This document shows positions 1-9,378 of a stretch of 64,000 bases of DNA, in pieces; position 1 is the first letter of the stretch, and each line of letters begins with the position of its first letter. The position numbers and the translations under genes were made by a program. The stretch spans positions 10,563-74,562 of the forward strand of contig JAJACQ010000025.1 of assembly GCA_022601435.1 (NCBI GenBank), written 5' to 3'. The notes beneath the pieces were generated by a model. The model was not told the origin of the DNA, did no database searches, and worked only from the letters and a program-made list of their open reading frames with translations. Source of the stretch: Chlamydiia bacterium. GTDB lineage: Bacteria > Chlamydiota > Chlamydiia > Chlamydiales > 2-12-FULL-49-11.

Positions 1-321
1 CATTCTGCTTATAAAATGACAATTGCAATCGTTGCAAGTGCTTTAGGTATAGTTGGAGGAGCTTTTGAGGCTGATGCCAAGGCTGGAAAAATCATCAATG
101 CAGTCTCAAATGTCGGAGGGAAAGTAAGTGATTTTTTACAGCAAATGGATCAAGCAGATCGTAAAAAATTAGATGGATTAATTGACCTTCTAAAACAAGA
201 ACTTCAAGATGGTTCAAAAACAAAAGATCATATTATAGAAAGATTACGTGAAATTGATAACCTTCTTGATAAAGCAGAGCAAAAAAGACATGAGGCTATA
301 TCTCGTGCCCTTGGTAAATAA
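1..321 (+). CDS. C-terminal part of a hypothetical protein with hydrophobic segment and coiled coil (5'-truncated by window)
   Basis: Frame is open from base 1 (HSAYK-MTIAIV...) to TAA at 319-321; hydrophobic stretch followed by helical charged tail. Confidence 0.6.
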   Translation, partial: HSAYKMTIAIVASALGIVGGAFEADAKAGKIINAVSNVGGKVSDFLQQMDQADRKKLDGLIDLLKQELQDGSKTKDHIIERLREIDNLLDKAEQKRHEAISRALGK

Positions 322-436
322 TCTAAATAGATTTAGGCTGTATAATGAAATGATTTAGAGCTTCTGTAAAAAAAATCTTGAATTTTTCACTTTTATCTGC
401 ATAGTCAAATTGAAGTGTTCTATTTAAGGTATTTTA

Positions 437-1228
437 GTGCTCGAAGGATTTTTTTCACAATTTTCTCTTCTTACCATCACTGGGGAATATGTTGTCTTTA
501 TTGGCCGCGTAGTATTATCGATCTTCAAAAAATTTCCGAGATGGAGTTTAATTCGAGACCAACTTTTCAATATTGGAGTGTTATCTCTTTCTGTTGTAGC
601 GCTTACCGGTTTTAATACAGGACTTGTTCTCGCTGCTCAATCTTATTATCAATTAGCTGATAAAGGTTTGGCGAGTGTGACAGGGTTAATGGTAGCAAAA
701 GCTATGCTTACTGAGCTCGGACCTGTTCTAACAGCTTTTATGATTACAGGACGAGTTGGTGCTTCAATGACAGCGGAACTTGGAACTATGGTTGTAACTG
801 AGCAAGTTGATGCCTTAAAGTCTATGGCTGTTGATCCTTATAATTATCTTATAGGCCCAAGATTTATTGGTGGGTTTATCATGTTTCCTATTCTTACTAT
901 TTTTAGTATCGTGATGGGAGTATTTGGCGGTTATTTAATTTCTGTTTATTTTTTCGGGCTCTCCCCTATCGTTTTTTGGGAACCCATCCCTATATACACA
1001 ACAATGTTTGATATCTTTGTAGGTATGACAAAAGCAATTGTATTTGGTGTTTTAGTCACCACTATTTGTTGTTTTAAGGGAATGAGGGTTTCAGGAGGAG
1101 CAGCAGGTGTTGGAAAAAGCACAACTAATGCTGTGGTTATTTCATATGTAATTATTCTATTTGTTAACTTCCTTTTAACTATGGCACTTAACACTCTACA
1201 TGATGAGATATTGAGGGTTATAGGATGA
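437..1228 (+). CDS. mlaE: MlaE family lipid ABC transporter permease
   Basis: ELGPVLTAFMITGRVGASMTAELGTM..TEQVDAL signature; GVGKSTTNAVV; operon with mlaF/mlaD. Confidence 0.95.
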   Translation: MLEGFFSQFSLLTITGEYVVFIGRVVLSIFKKFPRWSLIRDQLFNIGVLSLSVVALTGFNTGLVLAAQSYYQLADKGLASVTGLMVAKAMLTELGPVLTAFMITGRVGASMTAELGTMVVTEQVDALKSMAVDPYNYLIGPRFIGGFIMFPILTIFSIVMGVFGGYLISVYFFGLSPIVFWEPIPIYTTMFDIFVGMTKAIVFGVLVTTICCFKGMRVSGGAAGVGKSTTNAVVISYVIILFVNFLLTMALNTLHDEILRVIG

Positions 1229-2010
1229 TAAAAATAAAAAATGTGTATAAATCATTTGGTGAGAACGAAGTATTAAAAGATCTCAACCTAGAAATCAAAG
1301 ACAATGAAATTTTTGTCATCCTCGGTAAATCAGGAATCGGAAAAAGTGTGATTTTAAAACACATTGTAGGATTGATGAAACCTGAGAGCGGTGATATCTA
1401 TATCGATGATTTTCATATGAATGAACTAGAGGGAGCAGCATTATATGAGGCTTTAAAAAATATCGCTACTATTTATCAAATGGGCGCACTCTTTGATTCT
1501 ATGACAATTGCGGAAAATGTTGGCTTTTATTTAAGAGAACACCTAACAAAAGGTGGCGAAAAAATAACAAAGAACGATATAGCAGGGTTAGTAACAGATT
1601 CATTAAAAAAAGTGGGTCTTGAGGGAATTGAAGATTTACACCCTTCAGATATATCTGGAGGAATGAGAAAAAGGGTAAGTATCGCAAGAGGAGCAATCTA
1701 TAAACCGAAATACATTTTATATGATGAGCCTACTACTGGTCTTGATCCAGTTACAGCTCTTAATATTGCAGAGTGTATTGAACAACAACAAGATGAACTT
1801 AAAGGGACAACTATAGTTGTCTCTCACGATATTCCTACGACTTTAAAAATAGCAGATAGAATAGCATTACTAGATAATGGAAAAATTGAAATTTGTGCCG
1901 ATCCCCTTACATTTATGCAAACAGATCATCCTATTGTTCATCAGTTTAATGAGACAATTGGTAAAGATCTCTCCTTGATCAAACGAGCAGCAAGGAGTGT
2001 TCATGGCTAA
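1225..2010 (+). CDS. mlaF: MlaF family ABC transporter ATPase
   Basis: Walker A GKSGIGKS, ISGGMRKRV signature, YDEPTTGLDP; ATGA overlap with mlaE. Confidence 0.93.
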   Translation: MIKIKNVYKSFGENEVLKDLNLEIKDNEIFVILGKSGIGKSVILKHIVGLMKPESGDIYIDDFHMNELEGAALYEALKNIATIYQMGALFDSMTIAENVGFYLREHLTKGGEKITKNDIAGLVTDSLKKVGLEGIEDLHPSDISGGMRKRVSIARGAIYKPKYILYDEPTTGLDPVTALNIAECIEQQQDELKGTTIVVSHDIPTTLKIADRIALLDNGKIEICADPLTFMQTDHPIVHQFNETIGKDLSLIKRAARSVHG

Positions 2011-3226
2011 ATCAATGAAAAACATGTTGATTGGACTATTTGTCTTTGTTGGTATCTTTTTAATTGTAGGAATCATCCTTTTCATCAAACCAAGTATTGG
2101 TGATGGTAAACAAACCTTAAATGTTCGCTTTAACAATATTGGCGGTATCCAAGTTGGAACACGAGTGACTTTGGCTGGTAAACCTATTGGAGAAGTTGAA
2201 TCTATCCATCAAATTGCTAATGCAAGACAATTTGCAGTTAATGCTTTTGGAAAAGTTTTTCCTTTTGTTTTAACTTTAAAAATAGACTCATCAGTAAAAG
2301 TATATTCAACAGATCAATTCACAGTTCAAACTCAAGGACTTTTAGGAGAAAAGTATATCGCTATACTCCCCCAACCTCAAAAACCTGGACATACAGCTAC
2401 TTTATTAAATGATAAAGATATTATCTACGCAGACTCCACAGATCTTTTTGAATCAGCAGTTAATGAGTTTGAAGCACTATCAGAAAAAGTCGAAAACACC
2501 TTAGAAAAAGTAATTCAGTGGATGGATAAATATGGAGATAATTTAGGATCTACAATTACTTCTATTGGCTCTTTAGCTTCTAACCTTTCTTCTACAATTG
2601 AAGAAATCAATGAATCACACGTTATAGCATCTGTGAATAACCTTATTAACGGTTTAACAAGTGCTGTTGGTCAAATAGATTCTGCGCTTGCAAAATTAAA
2701 TGAGGAAGACTTTTTTGATTCATTAGCAAGTCTTGCTTGTAATGTAAAATCTATAACAGCTGATATTGCTTGTGGAAAAGGCACTATTGGAAAACTTGTC
2801 ACTGATGATGGGTTTTATTTAGATGTCTCTGCAATATTAAGTAAAGCTAATACTATGATGAATGACATTAATCAATATGGACTACTCTTTCAATATAGTA
2901 AACCATGGCAAAGACAACGAGTTAAATTAATGGCTGAAACAAACTCTATAAAAGATCCAAAAGCCTTTGGTGCTCAAATTAATCATGATGTTGACTCCCT
3001 TATATCTACTTTACAAAGAATGAATATGTTAACAGAACGATTTTCCGCAGAAGAACTTTCTAATAATGCAAAATTTCAAAAGAAATTCTTAGAATTTATG
3101 AATATGCTAAACTCGCTTCAAGAAAGGGTTACCTTATATAATCAAGAGCTTTATCAAATACGAGATAGTGAAGATTTACAAAAACCTGATTCATGTAAGG
3201 AATGTCAATGCCAGAAACTAGACTAA
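2003..3226 (+). CDS. mlaD: MlaD/MCE family protein with long helical C-terminal region
   Basis: N-terminal TM helix, FNNIGGIQVGTRVTLAGKPIGEV and GLLGEKYI MCE motifs, GKGTIGKLVTDD; ATG at 2003 preferred over GTG at 1997. Confidence 0.9.
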   Translation: MAKSMKNMLIGLFVFVGIFLIVGIILFIKPSIGDGKQTLNVRFNNIGGIQVGTRVTLAGKPIGEVESIHQIANARQFAVNAFGKVFPFVLTLKIDSSVKVYSTDQFTVQTQGLLGEKYIAILPQPQKPGHTATLLNDKDIIYADSTDLFESAVNEFEALSEKVENTLEKVIQWMDKYGDNLGSTITSIGSLASNLSSTIEEINESHVIASVNNLINGLTSAVGQIDSALAKLNEEDFFDSLASLACNVKSITADIACGKGTIGKLVTDDGFYLDVSAILSKANTMMNDINQYGLLFQYSKPWQRQRVKLMAETNSIKDPKAFGAQINHDVDSLISTLQRMNMLTERFSAEELSNNAKFQKKFLEFMNMLNSLQERVTLYNQELYQIRDSEDLQKPDSCKECQCQKLD

Positions 3227-3771
3227 AAAAAGGCTTTTTACTCGCAGCGTCTCCGGAAATTCAAGATCCTGTGACCTTTAAAAGTGTTGTACTTCTTTGT
3301 GAACATACCGCCGCTGGCTCTTTTGGGTTAATGATTAATAAACCTTTAGAATTAGATACAAATACAGAAAATGCTGAGTTAATGCAGGAGCTTTCTCACC
3401 CAAGTATCCATTTAAGATTAGGTGGACCTCTTCGCCAAGGACAAATGATGCTTCTACATAGTGAAGATCGTAAACAAGATCAAATGCTTAATGTTTGTAA
3501 TGACGTCTTTTTAGGTGGAGATCTTGCTTTTTTACAAGAATCTCTTTCAGAAAACTCTTCAAAAAACCTTCTTCTTTGCTTCGGCTATCTTGGTTGGGGG
3601 TTTGGAGAACTAGAAAAAGAGCTCTCTGATGGTTATTGGTGCCTCTACCCTGCTGATGCAGATCTTATTTTTAATACCGATGCAGATAAAATCTGGAGTG
3701 CTGTCTTAAAAAACATCGGTGGAAAATATAGCTCTTATTCAATGCTTCCAGATGATCTTTCTGCAAATTAA
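3202..3771 (+). CDS. YqgE/AlgH family protein
   Basis: FLLAASPEIQDP..FKSVVLLCEH..GSFGLMINKP, GGP, GYLGWGFGELEKEL, C-terminal PDDLSAN. Confidence 0.92.
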   Translation: MSMPETRLKKGFLLAASPEIQDPVTFKSVVLLCEHTAAGSFGLMINKPLELDTNTENAELMQELSHPSIHLRLGGPLRQGQMMLLHSEDRKQDQMLNVCNDVFLGGDLAFLQESLSENSSKNLLLCFGYLGWGFGELEKELSDGYWCLYPADADLIFNTDADKIWSAVLKNIGGKYSSYSMLPDDLSAN

Positions 3772-3781
3772 TTTGCAGAAA
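3758..3781. repeat. 24-bp perfect palindrome centred on the yqgE stop codon
   Basis: TTTCTGCAAATTAATTTGCAGAAA equals its own reverse complement. Confidence 0.85.
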
Positions 3782-3855
3782 ATAATAATGTTCAATACAA
3801 TACATTAATAAAAGAACTGACAAAGAAGATCTGCACCTATTTTTTTCCTAGACTA

Positions 3856-4149
3856 ATGCACTCTCAAAAAAGCGAAATACAATCTTCAATTTGGTAGTTG
3901 CTTTTTTTTGAACAAACTTTTTATGAAGAAAAAAGAGACAAGATAGACGTAGTACGTGACCGAATTAATACATATGGAGGCTCCATAAAATGGAATTTAA
4001 TGCTCTTCTTTGGAAGACCTATGTGCCCGACAAATTCAAGAGCTACAGAAGCTAGAGATAAAAGGATGATAGACTCTGCAGAAAAAATCGCAGCTATTCA
4101 GATCCAATCTCTAGTTCGAAAATTTCTTACTAAACTCTCTAGAGTGTAA
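3856..4149 (+). pseudogene. Probable remnant of an IQ-motif protein paralogous to the downstream gene
   Basis: Frame open from 3772 except one TAG at 3895-3897; ends in AAIQIQSLVRKFLTK (IQ-like); IDVVRDRIN resembles ITTIVRERTN of 4336..5499. Confidence 0.5.
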
Positions 4150-4335
4150 ATAGCAAATCTTTTTAAGAAATGTTAAAAAAATTAATCTTGGTTCTAAATC
4201 CACTGCAGGCTTAAGGTCTTATCTAAGATGAAATAATATATTCATATTTTCTTTACAGTTAATATAAATTTTTAGTAAATTGTATTTTCTTCTTAAACTT
4301 ATAAAAGAAGACTAAAAATAACAAAGGAGCTTAAT

Positions 4336-5499
4336 ATGTATGCTGTAAAAGTTAATGTCGGACAGACACAAAACAATCCAAATTACCCAGAAATAGACCC
4401 CAAACAAGATCTAAAGCCTCAAGTTGAGGCTTTAATACAACAGTTATCTGATGAAATTACTTATATTTCTGATTCAATTAAGATTTTACAAAGAAATAGT
4501 AGTACAGTAGAAAAAACTCGCTCTGCTTTTAATGATGTATATCAAGCAAATAATAGAAATCCAGCTGTTAGAGCAAATATTAAATATGTTCTTGAGTATA
4601 ACAAAATGAGACACATACAAAGTCAAAACAGTGAATTGGATGAACAAGCCAAGACTCTTTTAGGTAAATTTGACCAATATATTGAAATATTTAAACAAAT
4701 AATTCAAAATAAACAAAATGGTTTTTCTGATTGTTTTCATAATAGCACTACAATGAAAGAAAATAAGGAAATCACAGAAGCTAAAAAAGGGTTGGAATTT
4801 TTAGAAAACAATAGAGCTGCTAGAACTGCTGACATAACTACAATTGTTAGAGAAAGAACTAATGAGGATCGGGATTTAAATAATTTCTTTCCTTCTTCTG
4901 GAATGATAAAGAGTTTGATTGGGCTTGGAACTACTTCTGTAATAGGAACTGTTGAAGTTGCATCTGCAATTAAAATACAAAGAATATTCAGAGATGTTTT
5001 TACAGATCCGTCTAGGAAAAGTAAATTAAAAAATAAAAAAATATGCCGTGAATTAAGGCGGCTATTTGAAAGAAATGCTATCTTAAAAATTCAAAGTAAA
5101 GTAAGGCAATGTTTAGCAAAAACGACTTATAATTCACTTAAAGAAAAGAAAGAACAAGAAGATCTCCTTAACTTAAAAAATACTGCAATAGTGAAAATCC
5201 AAAGATTTTTAAGAGAAAGGAATAGAAGAAAAAAATATTTACAGTCTGGAGAATGTAAGCTTTTGTTAATGTATAAACAGTTACATATAGAAAAAGTTGT
5301 GAGGGATGATGCCTTACAAAAACTTCAAGTTGAGAAAGATGATGCTTTACATAGACTTCAAGTTGAGAAAGATGAAGAATTGAAAAAAGTTAAACAAAGA
5401 AATGAAAGATTGAAAGCAAAACTCGCGGCTACACATAAAGAAGCAAATGAATTAAGGAATTTAAATGCGTCTAATGGTCAAAATAAAATGGTAAGATAA
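4336..5499 (+). CDS. IQ calmodulin-binding-motif coiled-coil protein, putative secreted effector
   Basis: AGGAG RBS; three IQ-like motifs (AIKIQRIFRD, AILKIQSKVRQCLAK, AIVKIQRFLRERNRRK); coiled-coil tail. Confidence 0.7.
   Translation: MYAVKVNVGQTQNNPNYPEIDPKQDLKPQVEALIQQLSDEITYISDSIKILQRNSSTVEKTRSAFNDVYQANNRNPAVRANIKYVLEYNKMRHIQSQNSELDEQAKTLLGKFDQYIEIFKQIIQNKQNGFSDCFHNSTTMKENKEITEAKKGLEFLENNRAARTADITTIVRERTNEDRDLNNFFPSSGMIKSLIGLGTTSVIGTVEVASAIKIQRIFRDVFTDPSRKSKLKNKKICRELRRLFERNAILKIQSKVRQCLAKTTYNSLKEKKEQEDLLNLKNTAIVKIQRFLRERNRRKKYLQSGECKLLLMYKQLHIEKVVRDDALQKLQVEKDDALHRLQVEKDEELKKVKQRNERLKAKLAATHKEANELRNLNASNGQNKMVR
5305..5370 (+). repeat. 33-bp in-frame tandem repeat, 2 copies
   Basis: Encodes DDALQKLQVEK / DDALHRLQVEK. 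Confidence 0.85.
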
Positions 5500-5512
5500 T
5501 ATAAAATCCCCC

Positions 5513-5547
5513 ATGCAGCACGGAATTAAAATCTGTGCTGCATTTTT
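5513..5547 (+). terminator. Intrinsic terminator
   Basis: ATGCAGCACGGA-loop-TCTGTGCTGCAT stem followed by a T run, 13 bp after the stop. Confidence 0.8.
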
Positions 5548-5622
5548 ATAAAGTAGAGTGAATTAATTAAGCTACTTTACTAAAAACCAAAATTGCATTG
5601 ATATTTTAATCTCTAAAGTAGG

Positions 5623-7740
5623 TCATGGAAGGTATCGTCTGACTTCAAGGTTGGAATAAAATGGACCCATCAATTTAGTCATTGATTTTATAATTTTTTC
5701 TTTATTAAGTTCTAATTCGCTTGTAACCACTGATAACATGCTTACAATTCTCGAGATTGATGTAAGATGTGGAGCTCTTTCTCTTACGATTAAAGCAGAT
5801 GAAAAAATCATTTCGATCATAAAGTCTTCATCTTCTACTTTCCACTCAAGTTCACCTGACATTGATTTTAAGAAGGCAAACATAGAGCTAATTGAAGATG
5901 ATGAAATATCTACTCCATCTTTTGATGAAAAGGCTATATATGTATAGTCGTTTGCTTTAATCATATATAAACAGATCATATGGTATGCTATTTCGATAAA
6001 GTCGAGGCGGTTCTTTCGAGAAAGTGTTTTTTTAGCTCCAAAATAAAGTTTGTGGACTTCATCTATCATTTCCTTACAAAATGTAAAGAACTGAGTTCTA
6101 TCTAATTTTTTAGGGTAGAAAAATCCACAATCTTCTTCCCCTTCTAATTGTTTTAAGAAAATTTCTTTAAAGTCTTGGGCGCTTTCAATTTTCAGGTAGT
6201 CATCACTTTGATTATAAAAATCAGTTTTTTTAGCAAGAGTGACAACTGTTAAAGCAAGACCTAACTCTCCATCAGATGCTGCTTTTTCTATTTCGTGGCA
6301 TCGTCCATATTCTTTCCATGATGTTCTATCTTGAAAATTAATAAGTAGAACTCTTTGTTGTTTTGCAACCAATGATCTTATAAAAGCAGTAAACTCAAAA
6401 GAAAGGTTTGCTGATTCAATATGGGTCTGCATTGTAGGAGATGGGATTTTTAAAAATTCAATTTTCTTTTCGCCTTTGATATTAAAATAATTTCCAGGAA
6501 AATCCCATTGAAGCATGGGATCAAATTCCATAAATGAGTCAGATTCATTTAAGATATCAAGCACTTTAAATAAGGGTCCATTTGGACATGCTTTAAATAC
6601 TTTTGTTAATGCCTCGTAATCTTCTAACAAGGTATTCCATAAAGCAGATGATGAACGGGTGCTTTTCTTTTTTGATTCCTTAATTTCTGAAACCATAGAA
6701 GCAATCAAAGCTCCTGCTTCTGAGGTGTTAATATGTGCAGAATATAAAACTAAACATAGATCATGTAGTAAATCTAAAACCTTAACATAGAAATCATCTT
6801 CTGGAGGATTATCAATATAGTTTCGGTAGTCAATTGAAGAAAGAGCTAATCTTAAATTCGATTGAAAATCTTTAAAGTATCCAGAGACACTTTTACCAAG
6901 GGTTGTTTTTAACTGATTCCTTGAATTACTAGCTAAAAGCAGCGCCATAACACCTCTAAAGACATTTTGGACCAAGGGATCATCTCGGTATTTACCAGCT
7001 TCTTTTAAAACTGTATCAAGCTGCACTTTTAAGCGCTTTTTAATTTCTAAGCATAAATGATAAGCTATATCATCTTTTAGTAAAGGAATCTTAATAAGAG
7101 GATCAAAAGATGAGAATTCACTGATAATTTGATCAAAATCAGCAACTAAACGTATGTGACGAGCTAAACTTTTATTAAAAAACCGTCCGCCGCCCTCTTT
7201 TTGTAGATAAAAAAGCTCATAATCATGATCTCTTGTGACCTCTGCTAAATCCTTCAAACCCCTTCGCTTAATATCAGCAGCATCCTCTTGCTCATCTTCT
7301 TCATCTTCTTTTTCACTATTTTGTAAAACCTGATCAAATCTTGGTTTAATTCTATTATTATAAAACTCAAATAAAGCTACATATTCCTTTGAGTTTTTGA
7401 TATTTATCTTCTTTTTACATTTTTTAGCATATTCATCGACTTTATTAGCAGCCTCTTCAGCTAAATTAATAATAGAAATTATACCCTTTTGAACACTTTT
7501 ATCTTTTAATTGAGAAGATTCTTTATAAAGACTTCTTAAGTAATTATAGACAACTTTGAGGGTTGCTTTTACAGAAGCTACTGTTCTTTTTTCATCAACA
7601 ATATCTAACCATCTCATAGTGTCAACCTTAACACTATCTTTCTTAGTTTTAACACTCTCGATATCTAATTCTGCCATACTTGAGAGGTTATCTACAGCTT
7701 CTAATATTGATGGATCTTGTTCTGATTTGCCTTTGGCCAT
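5623..7740 (-). CDS. Large hypothetical protein of chlamydial type
   Basis: 705-aa ORF; motifs DHDYELFYL, LLINFQDRTSWKE, TLAKKTDFYNQ recalled from chlamydial hypothetical proteins. Confidence 0.75.
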   Translation of the reverse strand: MAKGKSEQDPSILEAVDNLSSMAELDIESVKTKKDSVKVDTMRWLDIVDEKRTVASVKATLKVVYNYLRSLYKESSQLKDKSVQKGIISIINLAEEAANKVDEYAKKCKKKINIKNSKEYVALFEFYNNRIKPRFDQVLQNSEKEDEEDEQEDAADIKRRGLKDLAEVTRDHDYELFYLQKEGGGRFFNKSLARHIRLVADFDQIISEFSSFDPLIKIPLLKDDIAYHLCLEIKKRLKVQLDTVLKEAGKYRDDPLVQNVFRGVMALLLASNSRNQLKTTLGKSVSGYFKDFQSNLRLALSSIDYRNYIDNPPEDDFYVKVLDLLHDLCLVLYSAHINTSEAGALIASMVSEIKESKKKSTRSSSALWNTLLEDYEALTKVFKACPNGPLFKVLDILNESDSFMEFDPMLQWDFPGNYFNIKGEKKIEFLKIPSPTMQTHIESANLSFEFTAFIRSLVAKQQRVLLINFQDRTSWKEYGRCHEIEKAASDGELGLALTVVTLAKKTDFYNQSDDYLKIESAQDFKEIFLKQLEGEEDCGFFYPKKLDRTQFFTFCKEMIDEVHKLYFGAKKTLSRKNRLDFIEIAYHMICLYMIKANDYTYIAFSSKDGVDISSSSISSMFAFLKSMSGELEWKVEDEDFMIEMIFSSALIVRERAPHLTSISRIVSMLSVVTSELELNKEKIIKSMTKLMGPFYSNLEVRRYLP

Positions 7741-7900
7741 TGATAAAACCTATTAATTTTATAATCCCTTACTTCCACTCTTGCCCACAACAAAATTTAA
7801 AATCAAACCTTTTATAAAAAAAACAGAACACTCTAAATATAAAAAAGATACAACAATACAGTTGTATCTTCTATTTCATAAAAATCATTTATTTTGATTC

Positions 7901-8083
7901 TTAGTCACGGTGACAAAAAAGATTGCCGCAATAGCATTTACACACACCTGCTGCAATTAAGAAAATCGGCCAGTATCTTATGATTCCATGATGAGGAACA
8001 AGATTTGAGATTAAAAAGAACACACCAAAAGCAGCAAGTAATAATCCACCGCATTTTCTGTGACAAGGTTCACATTTTTTCAT
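7901..8083 (-). CDS. Small Cys-rich two-TM membrane protein (LiaF-TM/DUF5668-like), copy 1
   Basis: GGAG RBS; GLLLAAFGVFFLISNL...YWPIFLIAAG; near-identical neighbour. Confidence 0.8.
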   Translation of the reverse strand: MKKCEPCHRKCGGLLLAAFGVFFLISNLVPHHGIIRYWPIFLIAAGVCKCYCGNLFCHRD

Positions 8084-8258
8084 TATAGACTCCTTATTAT
8101 TGTTATAGATCTACATACAACCATTACTTTACAAACTTGATTAATTAAGACAAGAGTAAAAAAACATAACGACCAAAACCAGCCATAACCCCTTAAAAAT
8201 AAAAAGAGTACAACCCGAAGATTATACTCTTTATTAATAAAACTCTAATGAAAGAATT

Positions 8259-8441
8259 TTACTTATGGTGTCCGAAAAGACCACCGCAATAGCACTTTAA
8301 AAGTCCTGCAGCGATTAAGAAAATCGGCCAGTAGCATATAATTCCTTTATGTGGAACTAAATTTGAAATTAAAAAGAACACACCAAAGGCAGCTATTAAT
8401 AATCCCCAACATTTTTTGTGACAAGGTTCACATTTTTTCAT
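8259..8441 (-). CDS. Small Cys-rich two-TM membrane protein (LiaF-TM/DUF5668-like), copy 2
   Basis: Same length and motifs as copy 1; many synonymous DNA differences, consistent with coding selection. Confidence 0.8.
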   Translation of the reverse strand: MKKCEPCHKKCWGLLIAAFGVFFLISNLVPHKGIICYWPIFLIAAGLLKCYCGGLFGHHK

Positions 8442-8577
8442 TATAGACTCCTTTTTTTGTTATTAGATCTATATACAACTCTCACCTTGCAAACGAATTA
8501 AATATAAACAAGCGATATTTTGTTATATACCTAAATTTAAATATATCATAATAATAATCAAAGAGTAAGCGAGTGAA

Positions 8578-9378
8578 TTATTTTATATAAATCGTTGAGG
8601 AATTGACTGAAACTGGGTTTTTTACAATCTTTCCAGAAGAGTCAACCAATTCAATACGAATATCATGTTTTCCCTTCGGGAGGTTATGAATTACATAAGG
8701 TTGCCATGTTTTTAATGTATCTATCTTATTTCCATCTATATATACATCAACTTTATGCTCAGTAGATGAAATAATCACATTTCTTACAAAAAAGTCTAAT
8801 AGCACACCAGATCCTGTAATAGTTCCTGTTGGTTCATTATAAACAATAAAGGGAGATTTTAGCTCTTTTTCTAAAACTCTAATCCCTTGTTTTTCATGAT
8901 TATAACAATAAACATCCGTATAAAATGCATTATCATCTTTAATAGACTCACCGTAACAATTAACTAACATGCTATATATCAGAAAGTTTTCCTCCTCAAT
9001 ACTTGAATAGATATTCTGAGGAATCTTTACGCGAAAACGTTTGTTAAAGTAATTTCTTTGAGTAAGCAAAAGGTTCACATCATCTTTTGTCACATAAACC
9101 CTCATACCATTGCTAAACATTAAAAGAACTCGAGATCCTGCTTTTGATTTATTCACCCCGTTATCATCAAGGACCCGAGATTCTGAATCAACCCCTATTG
9201 GAAAATTTGAGACCAGAATTAAAACTGGTGAATTTTTCTTAAGCACTTGAGGTGAAGTGATTTTTAATCTTGCTTGAGCGTTATACCTTGTAATAGGCGC
9301 CTTTATAATGGTAATCGGTTTTGCAGAAGATGCAAAAAGCCCACCTAAACAACTTAGTAAAATGATAAATCTTTTCAT
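8578..9378 (-). CDS. Exported hypothetical protein
   Basis: Signal peptide MKRFIILLSCLGGLFA; beta-rich C-terminal domain (VLLDFFVRNV..KVDVYIDG..GKHDIRIELVD). Confidence 0.75.
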   Translation of the reverse strand: MKRFIILLSCLGGLFASSAKPITIIKAPITRYNAQARLKITSPQVLKKNSPVLILVSNFPIGVDSESRVLDDNGVNKSKAGSRVLLMFSNGMRVYVTKDDVNLLLTQRNYFNKRFRVKIPQNIYSSIEEENFLIYSMLVNCYGESIKDDNAFYTDVYCYNHEKQGIRVLEKELKSPFIVYNEPTGTITGSGVLLDFFVRNVIISSTEHKVDVYIDGNKIDTLKTWQPYVIHNLPKGKHDIRIELVDSSGKIVKNPVSVNSSTIYIK

